From Ostrea edulis (taxonomy: Eukaryota): 64,000 bases of DNA. A program made the position numbers and the translations under genes. The DNA lies in the NCBI RefSeq assembly GCF_947568905.1, contig NC_079170.1:4402001-4466000 (forward strand). The letters are read 5' to 3'. Shown here one piece after another: positions 40,375-51,230 of this stretch. Position 1 is the stretch's first letter. Each line of letters begins with the position of its first letter. The notes under the pieces are model-generated. The model was given only the letters and a program-made list of their open reading frames with translations. It had not been told where the DNA came from and did not search any database.

Positions 40375-42265
40375 TATTGTATGAATTCTCCTTATCCTCC
40401 CCGCCTTGAGAATTATTCACGTGTAATGCCCCACAATGACTATCACTCTGACACGAGTCACACTTCAAAGCCACAGTACAGTCTCTTGCTAAGTGGTCCT
40501 TAGAGTCACAACATCTGAAACATATTCCGTTTTCTTTGAGGAGCTTTTTTCTATTGTTGATAGGAAGTGCACGGAATTTACGACAGTCTTTGATAGTGTG
40601 ATTTGATTCATCTCTGTGTTCCAGAAAACATACTTTCTTTTGTCCTGTTAATTTGCTAGGTTTGATTTCGGTTTTTCTTGAACGAACTTGACTTGAAGGT
40701 TTCGGTTTAATCTCCTTCTTCATTGGTTCACTAAACTGAAATCCAGGGTCATTTCTCACACGACATAAGTCTTGCATGAATTTCACAAAGAAAGTGAATG
40801 GTGGGTAAGGAACATTATACCGATTCTTGTATTCTGAAGCTTTGTTTATCCATTTCTCTCTCCACTGATAGGGTAGTTTGTTTACGATTGGTACTATTCC
40901 GAGAGAGGTATCATAGTAAGATAAGGCTGCTGAGTATCTAGGATTCTTTTTCACACCGTCAACTTGAGTCAAGAGGTCCGATAGTCTATAAAGTTCTTTG
41001 GGATCTTTCACAGAAAGTGATGGGAAAACAGCTATCTTCAATTTCAGCGAGTTATCAATGAGTTCGATTGCTCCGTATCGCTTGTCTAATCTGGTCCATA
41101 TTTGACGCAGTCCTTCATAAGGATTCTCCGCGTTGGCTTGTTGAATATCTGCTGCATGTCTGGAGGATTCTGGTCCCAGCCATCTTACAAGTAGTTGTAG
41201 CTCCTCAAATGCAGAAATTTGTAAGTCACTCACAATAGATGTAAAGTTCAGTTTCCATGCATTGTAAGCTTCTGGCTCATCGTTAAATTTTTTAAATCTG
41301 GATAATAAAACTTTTTTCCTGAGTAGGAATCTTGACACTGATTCCATAGAGTTCTCTTGTGGCTGTAGTTCACTTCTGAAATGTTCATTTCTATGAGGAA
41401 CTGAAGAAACATCATTGTAGTAGTAGTCTTTAGGAATAGTTTGCGCAATTCTAGGATTCACATGAGTGTCTAAACTTAATCCACGGTCTTGAGAAACACT
41501 GTCCACATAATCTGTGACACGCTTATGTCGGTCACTAGGTAACTCATCCAAGAAAGAATTTCGGACACTATTGTTTTCACTCTCAGCTTCCTCAAATACT
41601 CTAGCTTCTGCATCTGCAATGGCGGCCGACTGTGTCTGTTCAAGGATTTGGATTTGTCCTTCGATTTTAGATTTTTCGGTTTGAAGGTTGACTTGTTTTC
41701 TGATGAATGCTAGTTTAGTTTTTTCTGTTTCAGCTTTATGTTTTAGTTGAATTCGTTGAGACTTAGATGCATCGCTGAGAGAGCTTCTGGATCGAGGTCT
41801 ATTGGAACCACTTGCACGTGAAATAGTGTCTGCTGCATCCAGTAGAGCGTCCTCAATGCGGTTCATCAGTTGATCTATGATGTCTTCTCTTTTACGGTAC
41901 CTTGGTTCTTGGATCGAGTATTCTTCGTTACTCTCTGCTGTATTTGTTCTTTTGAGAAATGAGAGGAAGTCATTTGCACAATCACAATAAGTAAGCTTAA
42001 GATGTCGAAGCTCTGCTTTTATCTTACACAATTCTTTATAGTTATTTTGTGTAATAATTTCATCTATGTCAACTATGATTTCTTCAATCTTTATCCAAGC
42101 ATTTTCTTCCTGAGATTTATAATTTTTCAAAAAGGTAGAAAATTGAATCAAGCCTTTTTCTGTCATGGTCTTCAGTCGACGTTTATCCTCAGATTCCTCT
42201 GTCTGTTTGTGTACATCCTCACTTTCCTCAGCGTTGACATCCGCCGGTTTTCCTCCAGTTGTCAT
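40208..42265 (-). CDS. gag: BEL/Pao Gag-like ORF
   Basis: 685 aa; BEL-type gag core with Cys/His knuckles (CFRCCDSKDH...C; CDSCQSDSHC). Confidence 0.85.
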   Translation of the reverse strand: MTTGGKPADVNAEESEDVHKQTEESEDKRRLKTMTEKGLIQFSTFLKNYKSQEENAWIKIEEIIVDIDEIITQNNYKELCKIKAELRHLKLTYCDCANDFLSFLKRTNTAESNEEYSIQEPRYRKREDIIDQLMNRIEDALLDAADTISRASGSNRPRSRSSLSDASKSQRIQLKHKAETEKTKLAFIRKQVNLQTEKSKIEGQIQILEQTQSAAIADAEARVFEEAESENNSVRNSFLDELPSDRHKRVTDYVDSVSQDRGLSLDTHVNPRIAQTIPKDYYYNDVSSVPHRNEHFRSELQPQENSMESVSRFLLRKKVLLSRFKKFNDEPEAYNAWKLNFTSIVSDLQISAFEELQLLVRWLGPESSRHAADIQQANAENPYEGLRQIWTRLDKRYGAIELIDNSLKLKIAVFPSLSVKDPKELYRLSDLLTQVDGVKKNPRYSAALSYYDTSLGIVPIVNKLPYQWREKWINKASEYKNRYNVPYPPFTFFVKFMQDLCRVRNDPGFQFSEPMKKEIKPKPSSQVRSRKTEIKPSKLTGQKKVCFLEHRDESNHTIKDCRKFRALPINNRKKLLKENGICFRCCDSKDHLARDCTVALKCDSCQSDSHCGALHVNNSQGGEDKENSYNIESTRSKEYYSSGSLTTRCTQVCSVPFSGKSCAKIILVDVFPFGREDLKKRTCDS

Positions 42266-43587
42266 ATTTAATCACCGATGTCAGCAATATGTCACAACTA
42301 GCTCACGGTAGATTTGCACATACCATATATAAACAAACATGTCACTGTCCAAGGAACACAGGAAGTATCACGGAATACAAGGTGATGGTACAGGTAAGGA
42401 GAGGATTAGGTGGTAAGCCCAGCTTCACAGGTATCCGACATCCGCGGAAGAACGTATTATCCCCAGGATAGGTCCGTTGTCGATCCTCGATGGGTGGTTG
42501 AGGTAGAATACTCACGATTTTGTTACCGTTCTGCCACAGCTCTCTGTTTTGTCAATAAAAAACGCCCAGCAGTTTTACCTCTTTATTCATGTAGCAGTAA
42601 TTACGGTAACAAACTGAAATACATATAAACAAATTCTGCTCACACATATATCAGAATAGTTGACTTAATAAATTCAGAATTTCACATTTACTTTAGAAAA
42701 TATATAATTCAAATAGCATAAAAATAAATAGAATGAACATATATCGCTGCCCCTTTACACCGCAAGATCGATGGAAAGCGTCCCAGACGCTGTGTTGGGA
42801 AAATGACTCCCCGAGTCTGTCCTCGGTGCACGAGAAAAAATGTCTTAATGTTCAAACCGGATGTAATCACTATTAACTAAATAAACGTTTTCCGGACGAC
42901 CCAACAAATTCCGGTGGCGTCACAACAACATTCACGTAAAACTTCCAGCCTTCATGTTTACTGTTTGTCATCTTAGTAATATTAGGAATGCCGAACCCAA
43001 TCGAACATGTTGCATGTGTTGTGCGATCTCGAACGAGTACTGGCTTAGATTAATTTTGTTCCCACTGCCATCAAAAACAACCTTTATGCCATTACTTATG
43101 AAAGGTTCTTATAAGACAACTTACAAGTTGTGTATTTAAGCTATTTCAAAGCCTTAATATTTGCAAATTAAATTGAAATAAGGTAAACAAAAAAATGATT
43201 AAAAATTTAATGAATTTATCTACTAGCTTTTGGTAAAAATTTGCCATACTTGGGCATGGATGGAAATCTATGATTTTCATTATTATTATTTATAAAGAGA
43301 CTCTAATTAGACATATGTAACCCGGTGTGTTTTTTTATCAGTAATTTGAATTATGCAAAAAACTACAGGTAACTTAAACTAAACACATGTGCGTTTGTTT
43401 CATACATTTCTTCAAATATGGTAGTCTTGATAGATAATGTATCTCCTACCATAGAAATTCGAAATTTTATCAATAAATTAAATAAGATTCACTCGATTGA
43501 CCAAGCCATGGGCTATGCGTTATGTTTTATATTGACTTTATCGATAAGATTTCGAATTCCTGTGCTCCTTGCAGTACATAACTTGCG

Positions 43588-43761
43588 CAACGGCGGATCC
43601 AGAAATTTTCGAAGGGGGGGGGGTCAACAAAATGTTTATCTTTTCGCGTCCCCATCGGCGGGGGTTGGGGTTGAAGACCCCCAAAACGACAACAATCAAA
43701 ATTAGGATCTTTTGTTCACAATGTTTGAAGGTAGCAACTCCTCTAAATAGATCCACCCCTG
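43588..43761. mobile_element. Short MITE-like repeat
   Basis: Imperfect TIRs CAACGGCGGATCCA / TAGATCCACCCCTG with G/C runs inside. Confidence 0.45.
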
Positions 43762-45705
43762 CTGTGCGCATAGTCAGACGATTGCACATGCATCTAGTGT
43801 TTAGGCCTAGTATATTAACTAAAGATATAGTAAAAATGACATCATGTAAATTTTAAAACAATGTTCGATAGGCTTACCTGTTATTCTAATAATCAAACTA
43901 TCTTCTAACTTCTTTATTCACACGTGTGTAGGTCTACCATTCAGTGTGGCGAGAGGTGTAATGTTACAGCCGCCAAAATTGCTGCTGCTGATTGAATGAA
44001 ATGTGATGCTAAACATTTTCGTAAATCATTTAAAACAAAATAATCAAAAGGGAAATAAATAGATATATATTAATATATATATACAGTTTAATATTTCGGC
44101 ATCTTTGTATTTAAAATTACATTTTTAATGACTTGATATAAGCCAAGTACAGATGCGAAAATATCATCACATTATAAAATTGGCGGACTATACGATTCTT
44201 TTCATCCCGCGCTGCCAGAGCTCTCAGAATCTCAAAGTATTACCACGATGTTTTCCGATTATGAAAATGCCTCCCTAGTTGACTCGGAGGAAAGTTACCA
44301 TCCAGATGAAGAGTACAGTGACGACTCTTCCCTGAATGATTCAGACGTACCAAGTACCTCGAAGAGCTCCAGACATCCAATATAAAGAACAAACACTCCA
44401 AGAAGAAATCCTCATCTTGTGTTTTCACCTCAACACCAAAAACCTCCACCAGACACAGACCTAGCAGTTCGGTAAATACATGTACTTAGATCTATGTAAT
44501 GTTTATCCATATTTCCTCCCGCTCAATGGGGGGGAGGGGAGGGGGGGGCATGAAGAGAAGCGCCAGACCAATAATCTTACATAATGTTAAAGTCGGCCCC
44601 TAAAAATAGTATAGTGGGAAGAGTGGTCCAGTAACGGGTAATAATCCTCCTAAGTTTTTAAAGAATTAGAATGAAAATATTCAACGTTATTGTACATACA
44701 ATGTACCTACACAATTTTATAATTTGGCATCAATATTACCTTTAACTGTTTAAGGTAGCTCCACCCTTCTCTGGAAAAATTGTATTAATTTCCACTAATA
44801 TATGGTGCATTCAGTTAACTGTTTAATTACATGTACATGTATACATATCAAAACCAGAAAATATTACATTTTTATTAAACAGCATCATAAAAATACATGA
44901 AAACTGTATAAATGACAAAATTATACTGTCAATAGTTTAGAAAAACCTTCTTTATAAATATACTTAATTGAACACTCCGGTGGTAGTCCCTAACTAACCA
45001 TATTGGGTGCCCACTCTCTTGGCCCCTTTGGCCTTTTAGCTGATAGAGAACACATACTGAGCTTTTCTATATTTATTAGAATAACCAGACATATTTCATA
45101 ACATGAAACGATTGAACTAAAATGGACATAGTGCACACAGGGTGAATTGGCAGCTACGGCCGCATGTTACATGTACATGTACAAAGTAAAAAATTGCAGG
45201 TCTAAAGGGATATCCGGAGTACCGACCATAGGTATTAGGGCAAACCGGTGGCCTCGTGTGAGCACGAGAGCCGACGTCCCAGACTGCGATATCAAGGGAC
45301 CGAAAACGGGCCCGCCCGATCTGCTTTACCCTGTTCCACCAAATAGCCCCCGGTGAGTCATACCAGTACCTCCCCCTGGTATTCCGGAACTGGGGTCTCC
45401 CCTCCCAGTTAAGGAGGTGGAGAGGACACCAAGACTGCAGTCCTGGGTGCCCCAATTAACTTGAATCAAAACTTTTTCACGTGAGCCACTATACACAGCT
45501 TTCTACTTCATATGAGCCAGTACTTGCTCATATGAGCCACATTAGTCCCTCTGTCTTTGTATGACAGATGGGCAGGGAACAACAGGCCAGATCGGACGGA
45601 CACATTCTTGTATTATATCCCCCAGACCTGCCACAGACATCGATATGATGTACCTCCAATAACCATGAAAAACCACTACCCCCCCCCCTAAAATGCCAGA
45701 CCCAG

Positions 45706-46304
45706 TTAAACAGGTTGAGGGTAACAATTGCCTAGTTGATTGATGAATATGTGAAAAGCTGCCCTGATGTTGTTTAGGAAAATGTCGTTGCCCATATCCG
45801 AAAGGTGTGTTCCATCAAATCTAAATAAGCACACGTTTCTTGCTGAGATGTTGTGATGGTTAATGACCAACCCCCCAAATCTAACACGAACTTAAGAATT
45901 CTTTTGTTAACCTTTACACGTTTTTTGTTAATCTTACCACCTAGTTTGCCAGGAACCCCATGCCAGTATAGGCGGGGCAAGATGGAGGACCATACTAATG
46001 TAGTTTGTGGGATTAGGGCATTATATCTGAGAAATGAACACTTTATTTCCTCTACCAACTTTTTGCCAGTTAGGCCTGGGGTGACCAAGTCGTTTGAACC
46101 TAGATGTATCACCATGAATCTAGGTGCAGGATACTTCCTCAGGAGGTCCATCACCAAGGGGTCCAATTGTTGCCACTGCATCCCCCGTCTTCCATGCCAA
46201 TGAATGTGGGCTGGTAAGTCAAGGTTTTTTCCGCCTGTGCGGTTTGATGTCGACTGACCTGCCCAAAATGGGATTGAAGACCCGAGGATCCATATTGAAC
46301 AATC
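45706..46304 (-). pseudogene. SGNH/GDSL-like hydrolase ORF of the YR element
   Basis: IWILGSS (46283-46275), GRRGM, HLGSND, and DGTH after a one-base frameshift near 45860. No in-frame ATG precedes block I. Confidence 0.78.
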
Positions 46305-46433
46305 TGAAATATCTTTGGTTTGGTTACTTATTTGTTATGTATTGATGGTAGGGGTGTCATTACTTAAATTGTGTGTCCTGTAGTGGTCCGAGGGCTGCGA
46401 AGTCGCATTACATGCGGATGTATTTCTGAAAGG

Positions 46434-47388
46434 CTAAAGACTTCCATCTCCCAAATGATTGTATTTGCTGGTCGGAAAAACCCTGTAGAGCCAAATCAGT
46501 GGCCCGACCGATTCGAAAATATGGGTACCAAAATGACCTGGTGTACTGATAGCCTGAATTGCTTTCTGCAGTACTGCATTAAATTGGAATCTAGTCAAAG
46601 GCATAGCATTACTGTGGATGAACAGACAGTGAGTGTCTGAGGTGTGTGGCCTTATTGCTAGGAAATTGCGCATACTGTGGACTGGGCATGCGATCGAGTG
46701 GGGCTGACTCCGAATGAATATAGTGGGTTTTTTTGCCCGTTTGGTCGGTTTTGGAATGAGGTATAGTGAATGTGACATGTTTGCTTTCCTCCCCCAGAGT
46801 AACATGTTGAAATTGAATGCAATGAGAATATCGGCTATTGCAGGAGTTTGCCAGAGTGAATTCGCCTACTCGGAGTAAACCAAAATAGGCCAGTGAGAAG
46901 GCGCTAGCAAAGAGTGTAGATTCGAAAGAGGATGTGCACACAAAAGGTAGATACGCTAGCAATTTTTCTAGAATGGGTAGGGTAATCGGGTACCGAGTAT
47001 CTGGGGCTGTGTTGCCACGTGCCAACCCTTGTAGAGCTTTTGCGACTAAGAAGGAGGCAGTTGGATCTGATACCTGCCTTACTTTATGAAAATATGCCAA
47101 TGCGCGTATGTATAACTGAACTGTATTTGGGGACATATGTTGTAACGACAAATATGCGATAAAGTTTAAAATTATATCTAAGGGTAACGGCCAGGAAATG
47201 GCAATGCCAAAAATCTGGGCAAATGCATGGAATTTCTTCAGTGCCGAATTGTAAGCTTTGTTGGAGTTATCAGACAGGGCGTTGTTGATGAGGCGTTGTG
47301 ATTCTACCTTTAGATATCCCATATTTGGTTGGGTAGCTGGGTTGGCCACTGGTCGGCGTGGGGGGCGAGATGTCGAAATCTTCTCCAC
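46434..47388 (-). pseudogene. Tyrosine recombinase, frameshifted
   Basis: SAM-like N-terminus, GLLRVGEF, HSKTDQ, CPV, LTRFQF, HIF..G; split over two frames near 46.8 kb. Confidence 0.88.
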
Positions 47389-48992
47389 TGCGAACGAGAA
47401 ATACTATCTGCTATAACGTTGCGTTTGGAGGGTATGTATTGCGCCTGGATTGTAATATTGTGTTGTAGTGTGATGAGAACCAATTTTCGAACAATTTTCA
47501 TGACCCTGTGAGATTTTGAAGTAGCGGAATTGATAACCTGGACTACAGCAGAATTATCTATGTGGAAAAGAATACGTTTGTTAGCCAATTGTGGCGACCA
47601 TAGCACGATTGCTACATATACCGGGAAAAGCTCAAGGAATGTCATGTCCCTAACTATGTCCGAAAGACTCCAGCTGTGCGGCCAGCTTGCATGAGCCCAG
47701 CTACCTGCAAAGTAAATGCCAAACCCCCCTTTTGTTCCCCCAGCGCTATCTGTGTATAATTGCAAGTACGAATCCGATGTCAATGTCGGAGAGGAAATGA
47801 CCGAAATGCCGTTGAAGTTTGCTAGGAATTGTTCCCATACTCTAAGGTCTTCCTTGATGGAAGAATTGATTCTGATCTTATGGTGTGTTTTGGTAGTGCC
47901 CATAGTAGCATCAATTAAACGTCTGCAGAAGGCTCTCCCTGGTGCTACCGTTTTACATGCAAAATTTAGCAGCCCAATGAGTGACTGAAAAGATTTAAGA
48001 GTAGCTTTTTTACTGTGAAGGAAGACATGAATGCGCTGTTTGAGCAAAAGTAGCTTGTCCTGTGGGAGTCGCATGATCATATTCACTGTGTCTAGCTCTA
48101 TACCTAAGAAAATAAGGATTGTAGTTGGGTTTGTAGTTTTTTCGAGAGCAATGGGTACACCTATATCTTGGCAAATGTGTTTGAATTCTGAGAGAGTAGC
48201 CTGACACTTGTTTGAATTTGCGGAGCCCATGAACAGGAAGTCATCAAGATAGTGTAAAATGGATGGATTGCGTGTCCTATTTTGGACTATCCAATGTAAT
48301 GCCGAAGCAAATCTTTCCCAGGTTGCACAGCTGACTGATGCCCCAAATGGTAGCATTTTATCGTAATAGTATTTGTTCTGAAACTTGAAACCTAAAAGTT
48401 CGAAATCTGAGGGAGCAACAGGTATTAGACGAAATGCCGATTTAATGTCGGATTTGGCCAAGTAGGTTCCAGGGCCCAAGAAGGATATGATGGCAGCAGC
48501 ATCGTCAATGGATGCATAATGAACAGAACAAACTGCTGGGTCAATGAAATCATTAATAGAGTCATACTCGGGGAAGGATAGGTGGTGTATTAACCGAAAA
48601 TCCCCATCCTTTTTAGGTACTAAGCCTAAAGGTGAAACTTGTAGCGAGTGGAAGGGGGGTGAATCGAAAGGCCCCCCGACTCGCTGGAGCAGTACTTCTT
48701 TCTGAATTTTTTGTTGAGCTAGTTGAGGATTTAGTACTATGCTTTTTAGATTATTGGAATCCCTTGGGCGCCTTGGCCCTTGATAATGTAAACTAAAACC
48801 AGATTGAAAGCCTCTAATGAGAAAAGGTTGATCACGATAATTGTGTAGGTAATGGGCAAGTTGGTCGACATTGATGGGGGTTTTCCCAAGTGTATACAAC
48901 GATTGGTAATTATTTTGTTGCCCGGCACTTTGATGCTGGATGATCTCCACCACACCCTTTGCATCTGTGGCTGAACCTACAATTTGGTGCAA
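47310..48992 (-). CDS. DIRS reverse transcriptase-RNase H
   Basis: 560 aa; VPKKDG.FRLIHHLS, DIKSAFR, LPFG, HYLDDF, YTDSAG, ELFP, DN.AVV, N..AD.ISR. Confidence 0.93.
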   Translation of the reverse strand: MHQIVGSATDAKGVVEIIQHQSAGQQNNYQSLYTLGKTPINVDQLAHYLHNYRDQPFLIRGFQSGFSLHYQGPRRPRDSNNLKSIVLNPQLAQQKIQKEVLLQRVGGPFDSPPFHSLQVSPLGLVPKKDGDFRLIHHLSFPEYDSINDFIDPAVCSVHYASIDDAAAIISFLGPGTYLAKSDIKSAFRLIPVAPSDFELLGFKFQNKYYYDKMLPFGASVSCATWERFASALHWIVQNRTRNPSILHYLDDFLFMGSANSNKCQATLSEFKHICQDIGVPIALEKTTNPTTILIFLGIELDTVNMIMRLPQDKLLLLKQRIHVFLHSKKATLKSFQSLIGLLNFACKTVAPGRAFCRRLIDATMGTTKTHHKIRINSSIKEDLRVWEQFLANFNGISVISSPTLTSDSYLQLYTDSAGGTKGGFGIYFAGSWAHASWPHSWSLSDIVRDMTFLELFPVYVAIVLWSPQLANKRILFHIDNSAVVQVINSATSKSHRVMKIVRKLVLITLQHNITIQAQYIPSKRNVIADSISRSQWRRFRHLAPHADQWPTQLPNQIWDI

Positions 48993-49902
48993 ACTTACAA
49001 TTTATACCAGCGTTAAACAACTTGCAAAATAAGGTGTTGACCTGTGTTTTATATTGGGGATAATTGCCGGGAGACTCGCGATGCATGTTCGGGGCCGCGG
49101 AGTTTTTTCCCGAGGGTTGTGAAGGATGAGTACCGTTTGTGATATACAAGAGCCATAGCTCGGAGTTAATGATTCCCCACGAAGACTGTGGGTCAGCTTG
49201 TTTTCTCAAGCGAAACTGCTCTTCATAGCGGAACCACCCCGATGACCTGGACGCGGCCAGTCTGATATCTCACATATATTTAAGTAACTCTTGGGCTCTG
49301 GTTCTGTATTTTTCTAGCATGATACTGGTGAAAATAATGAAAGCCGATGACCATTTTTCAATTGACAGAAAGGAATTATGTTTAGGCTTGACGAGGCACA
49401 TGACACCATTTCGGATTTCGATTTGTCCCTGAGTTTCAAGATGGCCGTCCAGTTCCCGCGCTGACCTAAGCAGTAAGGAAATGTCGATAAATTTTCCCTC
49501 CCAAATTTGATTTTTGAGTTTTTCCGGGACATGAAAGCTGACAGGATCGAAATAGCTATTGATTACCGAGGGTTGATACTCCGCGACTGAGAAATTGGGT
49601 CCCGCCAAGTCGACAGCCGGCGGGAAAATGTCAATGGGGGGAATAAGACATTGATGGTTTACGTCAAACTCACCTGACGGATTAGCCTGCAAGTCCTGAA
49701 TGGCATGAGTGTCGTCAGTCTCTGATTGTGTGGTTCCCCCCGCTGCATTTACAACAGCGGATGCCGTAGGTATGGGCCTCGAGGAGTCGGTGGCCACGCT
49801 GTTTGGCCTACGTCTTCTCCCACGTCCCCGGGCTGGGGACACGAATTGACGGTTTCTTTCCGCTTCTGAAAGTCTTGTCACCCTGGTTCGCACGGGTGGC
49901 AT
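48910..49902 (-). pseudogene. gag: DIRS gag-like ORF with one nonsense codon
   Basis: KYM*DIRLAASRSSGWFRYEEQFR..SWGIINSELW (TGA at 49270-49272) and a C-terminal Cys/His finger (C..FN..C.F...C.FSHRC..CGGDH). Confidence 0.82.
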
Positions 49903-50832
49903 GATGATGGCAAATAAGGATGAAGAAGTAGTCGATAATATAGATTACACTTCGTCTAGCGAAAATTCGTGACTTGTCTGCTTGTAAACGGAAACGGAAG
50001 AGGCAAGTATTGGTCCGTTTGGTTAAGTCGTACTTGGTGTGCGTTATACGAATACGTCGTACCACGGTAAAGCCACCAAGGTGATAACACAAAAGTAATA
50101 TAAGCAAAAGAACTTCGGTCAATTAAGCTGGATTATTTGACATTGAATTCAAATAATCTTCATTAAATTGATATAAATACATTGTGGATCAGGGAAGTCA
50201 ATAGATATTAACACAGGAGTTATTGGCCCTGACAACACTTTTTTTTAGAAATAGATAATTTATTGATAAATTATAGAAAATATTAACTTTTTGGAGCTAC
50301 CTTAAATACTTTTGCCTTTATGTTGCTAGGTTTCTATTGGAGGGAGATGTATCCCCCCTCCTTAGCCTGGATTTGCAAAATTCAGGATTTTTAATATGCA
50401 TTGCATACTAAGTGATTCATATTTAATTATATCCTCCAGCTTCCAAGAATGTCGTCCTTTGAGATGGATACATCATACCAGACTGGACAAAAATCAAAAC
50501 TCTCCCCAGGTGAAGAGGTATGTTGAAATATGAATTAGAAAATAATCCACTTTTTCCCCATCCAGATTGTGAAAAACTAAATATTCTGTTAATATTATTC
50601 AATTCATTTAATTGTTAGGAATTTTAGGAAACATTTGATTAGCGCAGAACTCTCAGTCAATGAGAGTAAGTGATACTCTAGGTAAATTAAATCAGAAGGT
50701 TGATTTGCTCCCTCTGTCACTTCTTAATTACAAACATCCTTTTGAACAAGATTTTGATAAATAATAACATGCATGTAATACAAGGGGAACCAACATTTTA
50801 TTTAACTGAAATCATAACAATATATGTTATTA

Positions 50833-50964
50833 TGTGAGGTGGTCAGACCGGGATTCGATTGCTGATGGCTAGATACCCCAATTGGTAGAGCACCTGACTA
50901 GAGATACAGAGGGTCTAGGTTTAAATACCGGCCTGGTCTGTTGCATTTCTCCCATTCTGTTGCA
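50833..50964 (+). mobile_element. Diverged tRNA-containing solo LTR related to the 63-kb TRIM
   Basis: TGGTAGAGCACCTGACTAGAGATACAGAGGGTCTAGGTT matches the 63-kb LTR core; ends in TGTTGCA. Confidence 0.55.
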
Positions 50965-51230
50965 TATTAATAGTGAACTGTAATTACCTTCATCTGGTAA
51001 ATGAACTGTCCTTTAGACTTGTTGTTCAGGATGACTTAACAGACTTTGTTTTCAGAATAAAAGTACACCAATTGCAATGCCTAGTACAAAATGAGACTGA
51101 ACCTTGTTTGTTTACAAATATTTCAAGGACAAAGTCCATAGAAAGGTTTTATATAGTGAATGAGGAAATTCTATCCGTACAATAATGTGCATATTCTTTG
51201 AATTCTTTTTTATTATTATTATAGGCTATT

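Larger units (their letters stand above)
35902..42924 (-). mobile_element. Full-length BEL/Pao LTR retrotransposon
   Basis: 398-bp LTRs at 42527-42924 (5') and 35902-36299 (3'). PPT GGCGGGGAG next to the 3' LTR. 5-bp TSD ACAAC. Domain order gag-PR-RT-RH-IN. Confidence 0.95.
44965..50126 (-). mobile_element. DIRS/Ngaro-type tyrosine-recombinase retrotransposon
   Basis: gag, RT-RNase H, YR and SGNH ORFs, all on the minus strand. Boundaries are approximate, placed at TTAATTGA..TCAATTAA motifs. Confidence 0.88.
44754..50301. mobile_element. Kolobok-like non-autonomous TTAA element hosting the YR retroelement
   Basis: 10-bp TIRs GGTAGCTCCA / TGGAGCTACC. TTAA on both sides (44750-44753, 50302-50305). 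Confidence 0.7.

Noticed and set aside
36364-50122. Short antisense and alternative-frame ORFs overlapping the BEL and DIRS genes
   Set aside because: No recognisable motifs; expected shadow ORFs of long coding regions.
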